Positions 39,135-49,442 of a DNA stretch of 64,000 nucleotides are shown here, piece after piece. Below the pieces are notes generated by a model, which was not told the DNA's origin, did not search any database, and saw only the letters and a program-made list of their open reading frames with translations. The DNA is taken from the IMG/VR virus record IMGVR_UViG_3300024520_000047, positions 124,001-188,000 of that record; one strand, 5' to 3'. How positions within the stretch are numbered: position 1 is the stretch's first letter; each line of letters opens with the position of its first letter. The position numbers and the translations under genes are program-made.

Positions 39135-41831
39135 ATCCTCTAAAAAACTGTTAGGGTGTAAACCAACCTTATCCCAAAATATTTTTTCTTCATCAGATAT
39201 TGTTAACACATCTTCTAACTCGTCTTGGTCCCCTTCTTTTCTGGGAAATCCATTAATTAATTCACATTGTTTTGCAGTAAAGAATTGTCTATCTTTTGGG
39301 TCTTTTACTATTAAAGTATCTCTAACCTCTGATTTAAAAACCACCAATAAAGGCTCCACTCGTTTATTAAAAATATTAATATATCTAGGAACATTATATT
39401 CTCCTGTTAAATTAGGATTGGTTTCGATATCGTCTTCTTTAATCCTATAACATCTTAATATAGTTTCAGATGACCCATCTTTTAATTTTTTATTTTGGAC
39501 ATCACCATGTGATAAAGCACTACCATTGTTTACATAATATATGGTATCACCCAAACTAACCTTTAAATTTTCATTAATTATTAATTCCATATGAGCCATT
39601 TTCGACATTAAATAACCAGCTTTAGTCCTTTTCTTAGCTCTTTCTTTGTACTCTCCCACCGTAAGTTTAACCCGAGACTTATTTGCTATTTTAGCTAGAG
39701 GTATTTCTTGGTTATATATTTTTTCTAAATAATCATAATAACTTTCTATAAATTTCTTTCCATCACCCTGTAATAATAATTCTAGCCCAACATCTATAAA
39801 GTCAACTAAAAATTCTTGTAAAGTTTTAGACTTTATAGAATTTCCAGTTAATTTAATGTCCCCATCATTAGTTACTAAAGCATAATTTTTTCTTGCAATA
39901 TTAATACATGCAGGCCACATACCATCCGTGTCTAACCCCATCTCATTTCTCATAAATAAATCATTATATTCAGCTACATCAGCTTCACTACCATAATATA
40001 TTTTATCCTTTTCCACTAATTCATTATTACCCTTACCCGTGTATTCTCGAGAATCAACATCTTTAGGTGAAGAAAAATTTACACCGTCCGTATCTAACAC
40101 CAACGGTTCGTAATCTTTTTCTATAAACCATTTTATCATATGCCTTAAATATTGTCTCCCAATACATGTAATTTTTTCACCACCGTCCATTTCACCCCAA
40201 GGAAATACTTGTGGTGCCGATAGGGAACCGAACATAGAATTAATAAAAATCTTTAATGGTAATTGTTTTCTACCAAACGAAGCTGACTTTTTATTATCTA
40301 CCCCATAATATTTTGAGGACAATTTCTTATATTTTATTCTAGTATCTCTAAAATACTTTAACATTGCTTCCATAGCTCCGGTTATATCACAATTAGGAAA
40401 TACTTTATGAACTAATTGTATCGCTGGATATAGAGAACTAAAATCTAATTTTAAAACATTTCTAGAATAACCAGTTTTAATAAGTCGTGATAGTCCACCC
40501 ACAAATGGTCGTTTTATATCTTTTTTTGGTATCGCTAGTCCCTTTTTATATGACCATGTTAGCATTAGCATTTTCCATAAAGTAGCAGTTCCCATAGTTG
40601 AAGCTCTTTCATAGGTGGTGGGTACCATAGAGGATAATAAAAATGAAGCTTGGTTAAATTCTCCATCTACAGTTAAAGTCTCTTCGATATCACACTCTAA
40701 ATATTTTTTAATTATAAATTGCCCATCTACTTCTTCATATACTTCGGGATATTTTCTTAATAAATCTTCTAAACCTTCAGTTTCAGCTAATTTATATTTT
40801 CCGGTTCTAGGATTAAAGTAATATGTTTTATTATCTTCATAAATCTTGGCAATTTTATCACCTGGAACGTATACCCTATTTTCTTTATTGGCATTAATAT
40901 ATTTCGTAATATATTTTAAACCCCAAGATTTTATATCTGAATTTATTGTTTGGGTGCGTCTAACAGCATGAGCGATATCAATTATATTATAACCCCACAT
41001 TAATGTTGAAGTGTAATCTTCCATTTCTGCTCCTAATTTAAGGATAGAGTCCTTTCTTCTTATATTAACATTCGGATTTAAAGTCTGAGCAATGTCAGTA
41101 ATATTTAAACCTAAAATTTCTGCTCTTTTAAAAATCCAATCCCAATCAAAGAAAGCTGAGTTATAACCACCAATTATTGTTGGCCTGATAACGTCCAAAG
41201 TTTCGAAAAATTTTCTAATGAGTTCTCTTTCAGATTCGTCATCATGTGCGTAAAATATGTGACTATTTCCTCTATTGTCTAACATACCCAATAAAAACAT
41301 CATCCCATCTTGTGGTCTTAATGCCGTAGTTTCAATATCAAAAACTAATCTATGAATTTGGTTGTAATCATCAAAACCCTTAAATAATCTTTTTTCTTTT
41401 TGTACTAAATATTGTTCTACCGGAGTTAAAATTGTTATGTGGTCTCTACAATTTTCTGCCCATGGATTTACACCACCTTCTCTAAAAAATGAAACTAGAT
41501 TTTGGTAAGTTTTAGTTGTTTTTATTAAAAAATTAAACCCCTCAACCAACCTAGTGTTGTCATGATTTTCTAATTTTTCAATTACAATTCCATGTTTAGA
41601 TATAGCTTCTTTTTGCCTTATTTTATTATTGCCATAAAAATTTAAAGGTCTTAGGTCCCCAACCCAAGCAAAGGGTATAAACTTATCCTTATGGATTTGT
41701 TTTCCATTGATTGGGTGTTCTTTAATTTTATAAATTGAATTGCTTCTATAATCGTATTCGACTGCTACGATATATTTTTCTGGGTCGTTTCCCTCTAGAA
41801 ATTGTTTAATTTCCTCTTGTGTAATCTTCAT
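39111..41831 (-). CDS. polB: Family B DNA polymerase
   Basis: FDIETT (ExoI), GYNSAFFDW (ExoII), LDFSSLYP, KIFINSMFG, LDTDG. Confidence 0.95.
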   Translation of the reverse strand: MKITQEEIKQFLEGNDPEKYIVAVEYDYRSNSIYKIKEHPINGKQIHKDKFIPFAWVGDLRPLNFYGNNKIRQKEAISKHGIVIEKLENHDNTRLVEGFNFLIKTTKTYQNLVSFFREGGVNPWAENCRDHITILTPVEQYLVQKEKRLFKGFDDYNQIHRLVFDIETTALRPQDGMMFLLGMLDNRGNSHIFYAHDDESERELIRKFFETLDVIRPTIIGGYNSAFFDWDWIFKRAEILGLNITDIAQTLNPNVNIRRKDSILKLGAEMEDYTSTLMWGYNIIDIAHAVRRTQTINSDIKSWGLKYITKYINANKENRVYVPGDKIAKIYEDNKTYYFNPRTGKYKLAETEGLEDLLRKYPEVYEEVDGQFIIKKYLECDIEETLTVDGEFNQASFLLSSMVPTTYERASTMGTATLWKMLMLTWSYKKGLAIPKKDIKRPFVGGLSRLIKTGYSRNVLKLDFSSLYPAIQLVHKVFPNCDITGAMEAMLKYFRDTRIKYKKLSSKYYGVDNKKSASFGRKQLPLKIFINSMFGSLSAPQVFPWGEMDGGEKITCIGRQYLRHMIKWFIEKDYEPLVLDTDGVNFSSPKDVDSREYTGKGNNELVEKDKIYYGSEADVAEYNDLFMRNEMGLDTDGMWPACINIARKNYALVTNDGDIKLTGNSIKSKTLQEFLVDFIDVGLELLLQGDGKKFIESYYDYLEKIYNQEIPLAKIANKSRVKLTVGEYKERAKKRTKAGYLMSKMAHMELIINENLKVSLGDTIYYVNNGSALSHGDVQNKKLKDGSSETILRCYRIKEDDIETNPNLTGEYNVPRYINIFNKRVEPLLVVFKSEVRDTLIVKDPKDRQFFTAKQCELINGFPRKEGDQDELEDVLTISDEEKIFWDKVGLHPNSFLEDLGVLETV

Positions 41832-41897
41832 ATTTTAAATTTTCCGTTTGTAACATTTGCTTCGTGTATTCCACGAATTTTACTTAACATTAATTTA

Positions 41898-41926
41898 AAT
41901 ATATGAACTAAATCCTTAGGTGTCAA
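41898..41926 (-). promoter_or_regulatory. Promoter of polB
   Basis: TTGACA-N17-TATATT(TA) on the minus strand. Confidence 0.7.
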
Positions 41927-42301
41927 TTAATGGACACCAAAACTCTCTTGGATATTAATAAATAAATCCTCTCGTATCGGAACTACCAAATCGGTAAATT
42001 GGTCTAATAATTCTATTGTAAACTGGCCTTGGTATCTTCCGGTTTCTATAACATCACTTGTTTGCCACCTATAATAGATATAATACTCTGGAGTGTCCGT
42101 AACATCTAAGTCTGTTTTTTGAACGATACCTCCAGCATTATTAAGTATGACAAATTCACCAGTGCCTACCTTTTTCATTGAAAAGCTTATAGAAGAATTT
42201 CCTAACTTATCATAAAAATCCATATAATCATTACGCCCATCTTGAATGAGTTGCATTTTTAATATTGGTTCTAATGAGTTTTTTCTTATAAAAAATTCCA
42301 T
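41927..42301 (-). CDS. Small beta-rich virion protein (BppU N-terminal-like)
   Basis: FFIRKNSLEPILKMQL...YYRWQTSD...GRYQGQFTI...VPIREDLFINI. Confidence 0.5.
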   Translation of the reverse strand: MEFFIRKNSLEPILKMQLIQDGRNDYMDFYDKLGNSSISFSMKKVGTGEFVILNNAGGIVQKTDLDVTDTPEYYIYYRWQTSDVIETGRYQGQFTIELLDQFTDLVVPIREDLFINIQESFGVH

Positions 42302-42311
42302 AATATATTAA

Positions 42312-44096
42312 TTAAAACTGATATGCGTTAACTACAAAATTTATAACTATTACAGGCTCATCATCATCCAACACATATGTTTTATCATCTCTAACTGACA
42401 TCTCAAAATCATAGAGGTCCCCCTGTACTGTTGAGGTGAGTATACTGTAAGATAATGGAAATTCTACATTTTCCTTTAACTGAGCTTCAGTATAACCACC
42501 CGCTACGTCCACACCGTTTTTTCTTAATTGTAGTGTAAATAATACATCTTTATTAACATTCTTAATATGTAATAGATTTGTATTTACTGAGAGGAAAAAA
42601 TTACCATCTATTGCACTATCATAAGTCATTGAGCAGCCAGTTGTATTTCCACTCATTCTTTGTGATATGGGAAATGTAAGGGGGGTAGTAAAGACATTAC
42701 CAATAACATTTGTACTTTTAAAAATTATTGGATTAGCAAAATTAGGGTCACTGGTAAACGTCTGTAACCTATTTGCATTATCAAATAATTGCATACTTGA
42801 TTTTGCGTTTCCACTTTGAAGTCCCTGATTTGCTTGTATTATGTAGGTATTTTGAATATCATAATTAATGCTTGCTAAAGTTCCACCGGTTGGATTCAAT
42901 CCATGATTTATAAATGTATTGGAAGCTATTGTCCCAAAAATTGTGGTTGAGTTAGAATTTATAGTTAACCCAGTTTGGTATTGTTCTGGATGAATAATAT
43001 TACCATTCATGTTTACAACTGCAAAACCAACCTCATTTCCAGCTTCTGTACCAATACCTTGTGCATTTTCTTTTAAATCTATCATTGAACTAATGGAATA
43101 CCCACTAGTGGCCGGATTTTCTTCATGAGACCAATTAAATACCTCACAAGAAGACATCTCTAAATGTCTAGTTGCTTGAAATTCACAACCTGTTGACCCG
43201 GTAACAAACCACATTAAAACATTATTTAAGTCAACAAGTTCAAAACCAGTTATTGACATTACATCATTTGTATTTCTAATTTGTGCATTTGTTATATTAA
43301 GTATGTTTATTCTACCCCACTTATTACTACTATCATCTAATGTGAGATTAGTTGCGTCTAATATTTTTCCATAAGGTGCACTAAGTGTTATATTTGCTAT
43401 GGTAAAATCTACATCCCTTACTGTTAAAAATGTATCAATGCCGTTATAAGTTAAAATATCTTTGTGCTGGTCTCTCCCTATAAGAGAACTTCCTGTTGTT
43501 GCTGTAATTGAGTTACTTGTTGTTACTGCCCCGTTAACAATATAATTTGTATTTGTCGCAAGAATTGAAGGCAAATCAGAAGATTGTGTTACCTCAACAA
43601 CATTTGGTGTAAGATTTGTTAAATTACTACCGTCACCATAATAGGTTGTTGCTGATACAGTATTAGCTGTTAAACCTCCATTTATATTTACAGATTGGTT
43701 AAATATAGCTGGTGTACCTATCGTTACTGGGGAACATCCAGATATGGAAGATACCCATAATTCACTTAAACAAGTAGCACTAGATGCCCCACCTACGGCT
43801 TGCCATGTAGCTGTGCCACCACTATTTGAGGTCCAGACATACCCATCAGATGCCCCATATGGTACTGTAATAGTATTGTCAAAATTAATATCTATAATTG
43901 GTGACCCACCAACATTATTAACTGTAAACACGCTTCCAGATAAAGAATCACTGATGGTTAGTTGTTCAGCTCCTGTGGATATACCTATAAAAGAAACTCT
44001 CCCGTCATCTTGTACCTCTAGGTTAATATTTCCTGCAGATGCACCACTAAAATTAATTAATGCGTCTCCTGGTGTTATTAAAATGTCTTTTCCCAT
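42312..44096 (-). CDS. Tail fibre / virion adhesin-like protein
   Basis: S/T/G/N-rich; shares the CxxELWVSxISGCSPVTIG module with the 53509 ORF; beta-helix-like middle. Confidence 0.55.
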   Translation of the reverse strand: MGKDILITPGDALINFSGASAGNINLEVQDDGRVSFIGISTGAEQLTISDSLSGSVFTVNNVGGSPIIDINFDNTITVPYGASDGYVWTSNSGGTATWQAVGGASSATCLSELWVSSISGCSPVTIGTPAIFNQSVNINGGLTANTVSATTYYGDGSNLTNLTPNVVEVTQSSDLPSILATNTNYIVNGAVTTSNSITATTGSSLIGRDQHKDILTYNGIDTFLTVRDVDFTIANITLSAPYGKILDATNLTLDDSSNKWGRINILNITNAQIRNTNDVMSITGFELVDLNNVLMWFVTGSTGCEFQATRHLEMSSCEVFNWSHEENPATSGYSISSMIDLKENAQGIGTEAGNEVGFAVVNMNGNIIHPEQYQTGLTINSNSTTIFGTIASNTFINHGLNPTGGTLASINYDIQNTYIIQANQGLQSGNAKSSMQLFDNANRLQTFTSDPNFANPIIFKSTNVIGNVFTTPLTFPISQRMSGNTTGCSMTYDSAIDGNFFLSVNTNLLHIKNVNKDVLFTLQLRKNGVDVAGGYTEAQLKENVEFPLSYSILTSTVQGDLYDFEMSVRDDKTYVLDDDEPVIVINFVVNAYQF

Positions 44097-44135
44097 TATC
44101 TGTGTTTTTTAATAAATATCATCATATTCTTAATA

Positions 44136-46403
44136 TTATGTTGGCACATCTGTTGTTCTTCCACTTAATGCTACATTATAACTTAATGCGTTATTTTCAC
44201 TATTAGGTGCACTACCCACTCTATTGTAAATATCCATACCGGAACTATCACCATTTAATGTGGAGACATTATTGTAAACTAAATTTTGTTCTGTCATACC
44301 GATACTTGTGCCGTCATTTCCGTTTCCTGAAGCGTCTGGAACTGTCCAATCAGTGGAGAATGTAGCTGTACTATCTAACTTCCACCAACCCTTTAAATTA
44401 GCACTTTGTATTATTGTAGTGATTGGAACACCATTATTGTAAAGTTCAGCTACTTGACCACCAGCGGTATCACCAATAGATGAAACCATACCATAAGTTA
44501 AATCAATATCCCAAACTGATATATTGGATAATTTTCCATCGTCACCAATAGTTCCACTTGTAAACCCCCCAAAATATTTACCCACACCGTAGACACCTGT
44601 AGTGTCTGAAGCTGTCGCCCCAATGTATGGTCTTGAATTTACAGATTGTTGTATGGGCCCTGCGAAGGTTGATGTGCCTTGTCCAGCTAATAAACCGTCT
44701 ACAAATATTTTTACACCGTTGGTATTTGTGGTGCCGTCCCATAATGCTAGAATGTGGTGCCACTTATTATCTGGTAAAATTTGGGATGATGTTTGGTCTA
44801 ATGAAAAATTTAAAGAGCCGTCACTATTAAAAAAATAAAAAGTAGCTTTTCTATAACCACTAGCCCAGTCTGCTCCTATATTAAGATTCCAACTTCTATT
44901 ATATGTATAGGTTGAATTATCATTTGAAATTATGGTTTGTTGTACCCCACCACTCCCCGTTATTTGAGTTTTAATCCAAGCTGAAATAGTTATGGCGTTT
45001 TCTACATTTACACCTTGTAATGGTAGTTCAATTATTTTCTTTTCACTTCTATTACCATAATTAAAACATTGTGGATATTCTGAAACGTCATTTGGTATTT
45101 GCCAATTCCCAGAACTATCTACTTCCCAGTTTGCACTCTCAGCCATTCTGTACCAAGCTAAGGGATTTAATAAAGATAAATCAGAAGGTTTTCCGTTATT
45201 GTAAATAGCGGTTACCTCTCCGACTGATAGGGCAGTATCAAAAATACTCACATCATCAATTTGCCCTTCTAAATGCCAATTAACACTATTTGTTAATGCT
45301 CCTATGGTTGGTTCAATGTCAGGATTTGAATAGAGAATTGGACTTACTGCTGCCCCGGTAAACTCTGTTTCATCCACATATAGTTTTACTGCTTCTGAAC
45401 CTGTTGTGCCATCAAAAGTGCCCATCACGTGATGCCACTCCCCATCGTTGGGGGTTATCCCTGTTGATACCGCATTTGAGGATGATGTACCATCATTTGT
45501 ATGAAATACTGTAAACGAAAAACGATTATATCCCGTACCTCTCCATGCAAGTATCCAATTTCTTTGTGATGGAATAGTTGTAGATGTTGTATCCTCACAA
45601 ACTATAACCTGAACATAAGGAGCTGGACCTCCTGTATTTGTTGTAGGTATCTTAACCCACGCAGAAACAGATATTGTAGATGTAATTCCTAATGATGCTG
45701 CGCCACATTGTACACTATTACCAGTACCATTAAATTCTAAAGAATAATTACTGAATTTATCTTTATTTTCATTATTTGGAATTAACCATTGTGGGTCCCT
45801 ATATATTGCATTATCTCCCATTCTATACCAGACAACTGGATTAAAGGTTGCTATTCCTGACGGGATACCGTTACTATAAATTCTTAAAACTTCAGAAGAT
45901 GATAATGCCGTGGTGAATATCGCTACCTCATCAATGTTACCAACAACACCACCATAATTTCCATTTCCTATTCTGTTATTAGCTTCTGTTACGGCACTCG
46001 TTCCGCCACCTGACCCACTACTTGAACCATCTACATAAGCAATCATAGTTGGACCAGGTTCTACCGTTATACATATATGGTGCCACAGCCCATCATCTAT
46101 TCTTCCAGCAGTTGGTAGCCAAGAGTAAACCAAACCTTTAGATGCACTTATGTTTCCATATCCAAATGATATTGTACCACCAAGACCATTTAACAAAGTA
46201 AATCCATAAGGACGAAGACTAAGATTTATTATAGTATCAAAATTCCCCATTGAGGTACTATTATACCACAGACTAACAGTATAAGAATCTCCCGCAGAAT
46301 AATTAAATATGTCTCCTAAGTCTCCAATATCGACATAACCAGTCGTACCGTCAAATTCCATTGAATAGTTATTATAAAAAATTGGTCCGTGTGTTACTCC
46401 CAT
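44136..46403 (-). CDS. LamG/concanavalin-A-like protein, about 3 modules
   Basis: Repeated YS(M/L)EF(D/N)GT...WHH...YVDG...IDEVAIF..ALS; ends RTTDVPT. Confidence 0.85.
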   Translation of the reverse strand: MGVTHGPIFYNNYSMEFDGTTGYVDIGDLGDIFNYSAGDSYTVSLWYNSTSMGNFDTIINLSLRPYGFTLLNGLGGTISFGYGNISASKGLVYSWLPTAGRIDDGLWHHICITVEPGPTMIAYVDGSSSGSGGGTSAVTEANNRIGNGNYGGVVGNIDEVAIFTTALSSSEVLRIYSNGIPSGIATFNPVVWYRMGDNAIYRDPQWLIPNNENKDKFSNYSLEFNGTGNSVQCGAASLGITSTISVSAWVKIPTTNTGGPAPYVQVIVCEDTTSTTIPSQRNWILAWRGTGYNRFSFTVFHTNDGTSSSNAVSTGITPNDGEWHHVMGTFDGTTGSEAVKLYVDETEFTGAAVSPILYSNPDIEPTIGALTNSVNWHLEGQIDDVSIFDTALSVGEVTAIYNNGKPSDLSLLNPLAWYRMAESANWEVDSSGNWQIPNDVSEYPQCFNYGNRSEKKIIELPLQGVNVENAITISAWIKTQITGSGGVQQTIISNDNSTYTYNRSWNLNIGADWASGYRKATFYFFNSDGSLNFSLDQTSSQILPDNKWHHILALWDGTTNTNGVKIFVDGLLAGQGTSTFAGPIQQSVNSRPYIGATASDTTGVYGVGKYFGGFTSGTIGDDGKLSNISVWDIDLTYGMVSSIGDTAGGQVAELYNNGVPITTIIQSANLKGWWKLDSTATFSTDWTVPDASGNGNDGTSIGMTEQNLVYNNVSTLNGDSSGMDIYNRVGSAPNSENNALSYNVALSGRTTDVPT

Positions 46404-46418
46404 ACCTTTCTTTTTTTA

Positions 46419-47945
46419 TTATGTAGGAACATCTGTTGTCCTGCTATTTATGTCCATTTCCATGCTAAGGGCGTTATTGGTACTACCAGGGGCGTTTCCT
46501 GTTCTTCCACTTAGTGGAATATTTACGCTACTTCCATCATTCCCATTTCCAGAACTATCGGGTATTATCCAGATATCTCCTGTCCCACCACTATATGCCA
46601 TATCTCCCAGTCTCCAGTAACCAACAAGGTGGCTCTCCCCTGATAGGTCACTCGGAACACCGTTGTTCCAGATGGCAGTAACTTCTCCGGCTGAAAGGGC
46701 ACTATTAAAGATGGATACATCATTAATCAGCCCCTCAAAAGGTGACCCCCCATTAGTTCCTGACCCTATCCAAACTTCTTCTCCATTAGCCATAGCATCT
46801 GTACCTCCATCCTCATCACCATCTTCTAAACCATCTACATAAATTTTTAAACTTCCAGCCCCTCCACTTGAATCACGCACTCCTACAATATGATGCCAAT
46901 TTCCATCTGTAACAGATGTACTTGATGTTGCGTAAGGATACCCACTATTGCTTAACATTATGGCAACTTGATTGTTAGTTCTTACAAATAATGCAAACCC
47001 ATTCATAACCCAATCTAGACCTCTGGTTACTATCTGTTGTTGTGTTGAGGTGGTGCTTGTTTTTATCCAAGCCGAAATAGTAACATCAGCAGTCATTTGT
47101 AAACTTGCATCATTACCACAATTAACATAATCGTCTGTACCATCGAAACTCATGGAATAATTGCTCACATTATCCTTATTGCTATTTTCTGGCAATAACC
47201 ATTGGGGGTATTTAAATACACCATTATCTCCCATGCGGTACCAAGCAATGGGAGGTATTGGTAAATTTCCTACATTATTTGGTTTTCCAGTTCCATCATT
47301 CCAAGTTGGATATGATACCCAGTTTGGTACAGGATTCCCAAGACTGCTTGGTCTTATTCCGCCATAAATTGTCAATACCTGTGCGGGTGTTAATTCATAG
47401 CTAAATATAGCAGCCTCATCCACTTTGCCACCAAAGGAACTTGCGGGTGTGCCACTATAGTTCATTCCCCCAATATATAAAGAGCCAGAGTTGTTGAAGT
47501 CGGAGCTTGGAGTTCCGTTGTTAGACCTATAGTAAGACACGTCATATCCATCAACATACAATGTCATCCCTGTTTCCGAGCCAGTACCATCGTATGTTCC
47601 TACTATGTGATGCCACCCATTTGTTAAACCTTGGGAAGGACCCCAATAATTGTTGTCCCTTACATACATTGAATGAGAAAAATGGCTATCCAAATTAAAT
47701 ACAAAAAACAATTGATTATTAAAATTAAACTTATACCCCACCTCCCATATAGCGCCTCCCCTGTCCTCTATTTTGCTTATTGGTATATTGTTGACTGTTG
47801 TTGCTGGAATATTTGTCCATAAAGATATTGAAAATGGTGTTGATTTGTTTTTGTCCAATACATTTCCGCAGTCAACAAAATCATCAGTTCCATCGAAACT
47901 CATCGAATATTCATCATTAAAAAGTGGTCCGTATACTAAAGGCAT
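46419..47945 (-). CDS. LamG/concanavalin-A-like protein, 2 modules
   Basis: Same module pattern; ends RTTDVPT. Confidence 0.85.
   Translation of the reverse strand: MPLVYGPLFNDEYSMSFDGTDDFVDCGNVLDKNKSTPFSISLWTNIPATTVNNIPISKIEDRGGAIWEVGYKFNFNNQLFFVFNLDSHFSHSMYVRDNNYWGPSQGLTNGWHHIVGTYDGTGSETGMTLYVDGYDVSYYRSNNGTPSSDFNNSGSLYIGGMNYSGTPASSFGGKVDEAAIFSYELTPAQVLTIYGGIRPSSLGNPVPNWVSYPTWNDGTGKPNNVGNLPIPPIAWYRMGDNGVFKYPQWLLPENSNKDNVSNYSMSFDGTDDYVNCGNDASLQMTADVTISAWIKTSTTSTQQQIVTRGLDWVMNGFALFVRTNNQVAIMLSNSGYPYATSSTSVTDGNWHHIVGVRDSSGGAGSLKIYVDGLEDGDEDGGTDAMANGEEVWIGSGTNGGSPFEGLINDVSIFNSALSAGEVTAIWNNGVPSDLSGESHLVGYWRLGDMAYSGGTGDIWIIPDSSGNGNDGSSVNIPLSGRTGNAPGSTNNALSMEMDINSRTTDVPT
47176..47234. repeat. 59-bp near-identical repeat (3 mismatches), copy 1; copy 2 at 48724-48782
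   Basis: ttattgctattttctggcaataaccattg + 7 nt + ttaaatacaccattatctcccat. Confidence 0.9.
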
Positions 47946-47960
47946 GTCTCTATTTTATTT

Positions 47961-49433
47961 TTATGTTGGAACATCGCTTGTTCTATCATTTATGGTCATT
48001 CCTGTACTAAGACCGTTATTGGTACTATTTGGTGCATCTCCAATCCGACTATCTACTGCCATCCCGACCGCACTACCATCATTACTATTTGTGGAACTAT
48101 CTGGGACTACCCAAATATCTGCCGTTGCTGCACTATATGCAGTATCACCTATTTTCCAATAACCTACTGGATTTAGTGAAGATAACTCTGGTGTTACTCC
48201 ATTATTGTAGAGGACCATAGCTTGGGCATCCGTTCCGTGGTCGGTATTAAATATAGCTACATGATTTAGACATCCTTCCATTTGATGGGTACCCCAAAGA
48301 TATCTTGAACCTAAGTATAAATCCGTTGTATTATCATACACTATGGGACTTGATACTGTTGTTGTATTTCCTGCCGATACTCCATTTACCCAAGTTTCCA
48401 TTTCTGTACCATTATAGTTACAGAGTAAATGAGTCCATACTCCTAGTGGAACATTACCACTAATTAATGGATTTGAACCTCCGTTACCTAATCTAAAATA
48501 AACTTGTCCAAATGTTGTAATGTGAATAGCATAACCTTTATTGTATCCAGTTCCCCCATCCATTCCTCCTGCTATTGGATAAGGACCACTTGCACCATAG
48601 GTATCTAATTTAACCCATATACTAATTGCTAATGCCGTTGTTGGATAGATACTTGGATTTGTGGGTACTTTAATATAATCATTTGAACTAGTAAAACTGA
48701 GGGAATAATTTGAAGCCTTATCTTTATTGCTATTTTCTGGCAATAACCATTGTGGGTCCTTAAATACACCATTATCTCCCATTCTGTGCCACGAAATTGG
48801 ATTAAAAGGTGGGTTGTGTAATTTTATTGGTCTTCCATTAGAATAAAGTGCGGTTATTTCTGTTACTGAAAGAGCCCTATCCCAAGCGGAAACCTCATCA
48901 ATTAATCCTGGATAATACGAAGTTGCAACAACTGTTGTATCAACATAATTTCCTAATGCTCCAATTTTATGTAATCCTTGTGTAGCATAACCACCAGTAG
49001 TTCTCATAGTTGCTGTCACCTCTGGTATAGGATTACCATCAACATAAATGTTCACAGTGTAGTATGTAGTTACACCATCGTATGTGTAAGTGTAAGCTAT
49101 ATGATGCCAACTCCCATCGTTAAGAACCGTAGTTCCAACACCTCCTGTGCCTCCAACACTGCCTACAATTCTAACTACAAAATCTGTAAATGGAGAATTG
49201 TAGGTAGCTATATGTACTGTTTGGTCTAACATTGTCACAGATGTAGAAACAGATACTGGATGCTTTCTTATATATCCCGAATACGCATCTGCTTTTATCC
49301 AAAATGACATAGAGAAATTGCCTAACATAACTGATGGTATTGTCAGGTCTATATCAAGGTACGAATCCGTACCATTGAAATACATAGAATATTCATCTTC
49401 TAATGTCCATAGTGGTCCAACTACTGAGCCCAT
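47961..49433 (-). CDS. LamG/concanavalin-A-like protein, 2 modules
   Basis: Same module pattern; ends RTSDVPT. Confidence 0.85.
   Translation of the reverse strand: MGSVVGPLWTLEDEYSMYFNGTDSYLDIDLTIPSVMLGNFSMSFWIKADAYSGYIRKHPVSVSTSVTMLDQTVHIATYNSPFTDFVVRIVGSVGGTGGVGTTVLNDGSWHHIAYTYTYDGVTTYYTVNIYVDGNPIPEVTATMRTTGGYATQGLHKIGALGNYVDTTVVATSYYPGLIDEVSAWDRALSVTEITALYSNGRPIKLHNPPFNPISWHRMGDNGVFKDPQWLLPENSNKDKASNYSLSFTSSNDYIKVPTNPSIYPTTALAISIWVKLDTYGASGPYPIAGGMDGGTGYNKGYAIHITTFGQVYFRLGNGGSNPLISGNVPLGVWTHLLCNYNGTEMETWVNGVSAGNTTTVSSPIVYDNTTDLYLGSRYLWGTHQMEGCLNHVAIFNTDHGTDAQAMVLYNNGVTPELSSLNPVGYWKIGDTAYSAATADIWVVPDSSTNSNDGSAVGMAVDSRIGDAPNSTNNGLSTGMTINDRTSDVPT
48724..48782. repeat. 59-bp repeat, copy 2 (LamG inter-module linker)
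   Basis: See 47176-47234. Confidence 0.9.
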
Positions 49434-49442
49434 AATTTTTCA

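Noticed and set aside
35348-41831. Eukaryotic giant virus origin (PolB, SNF2, RNR)
   Set aside because: Sheath, tube, baseplate and neck genes, bacterial promoters and overlapping operons indicate a tailed phage
39111-41831. Intein or intron in polB, nrdJ, helicase or recA
   Set aside because: Protein lengths and motif spacing are normal; no splicing motifs or homing endonuclease
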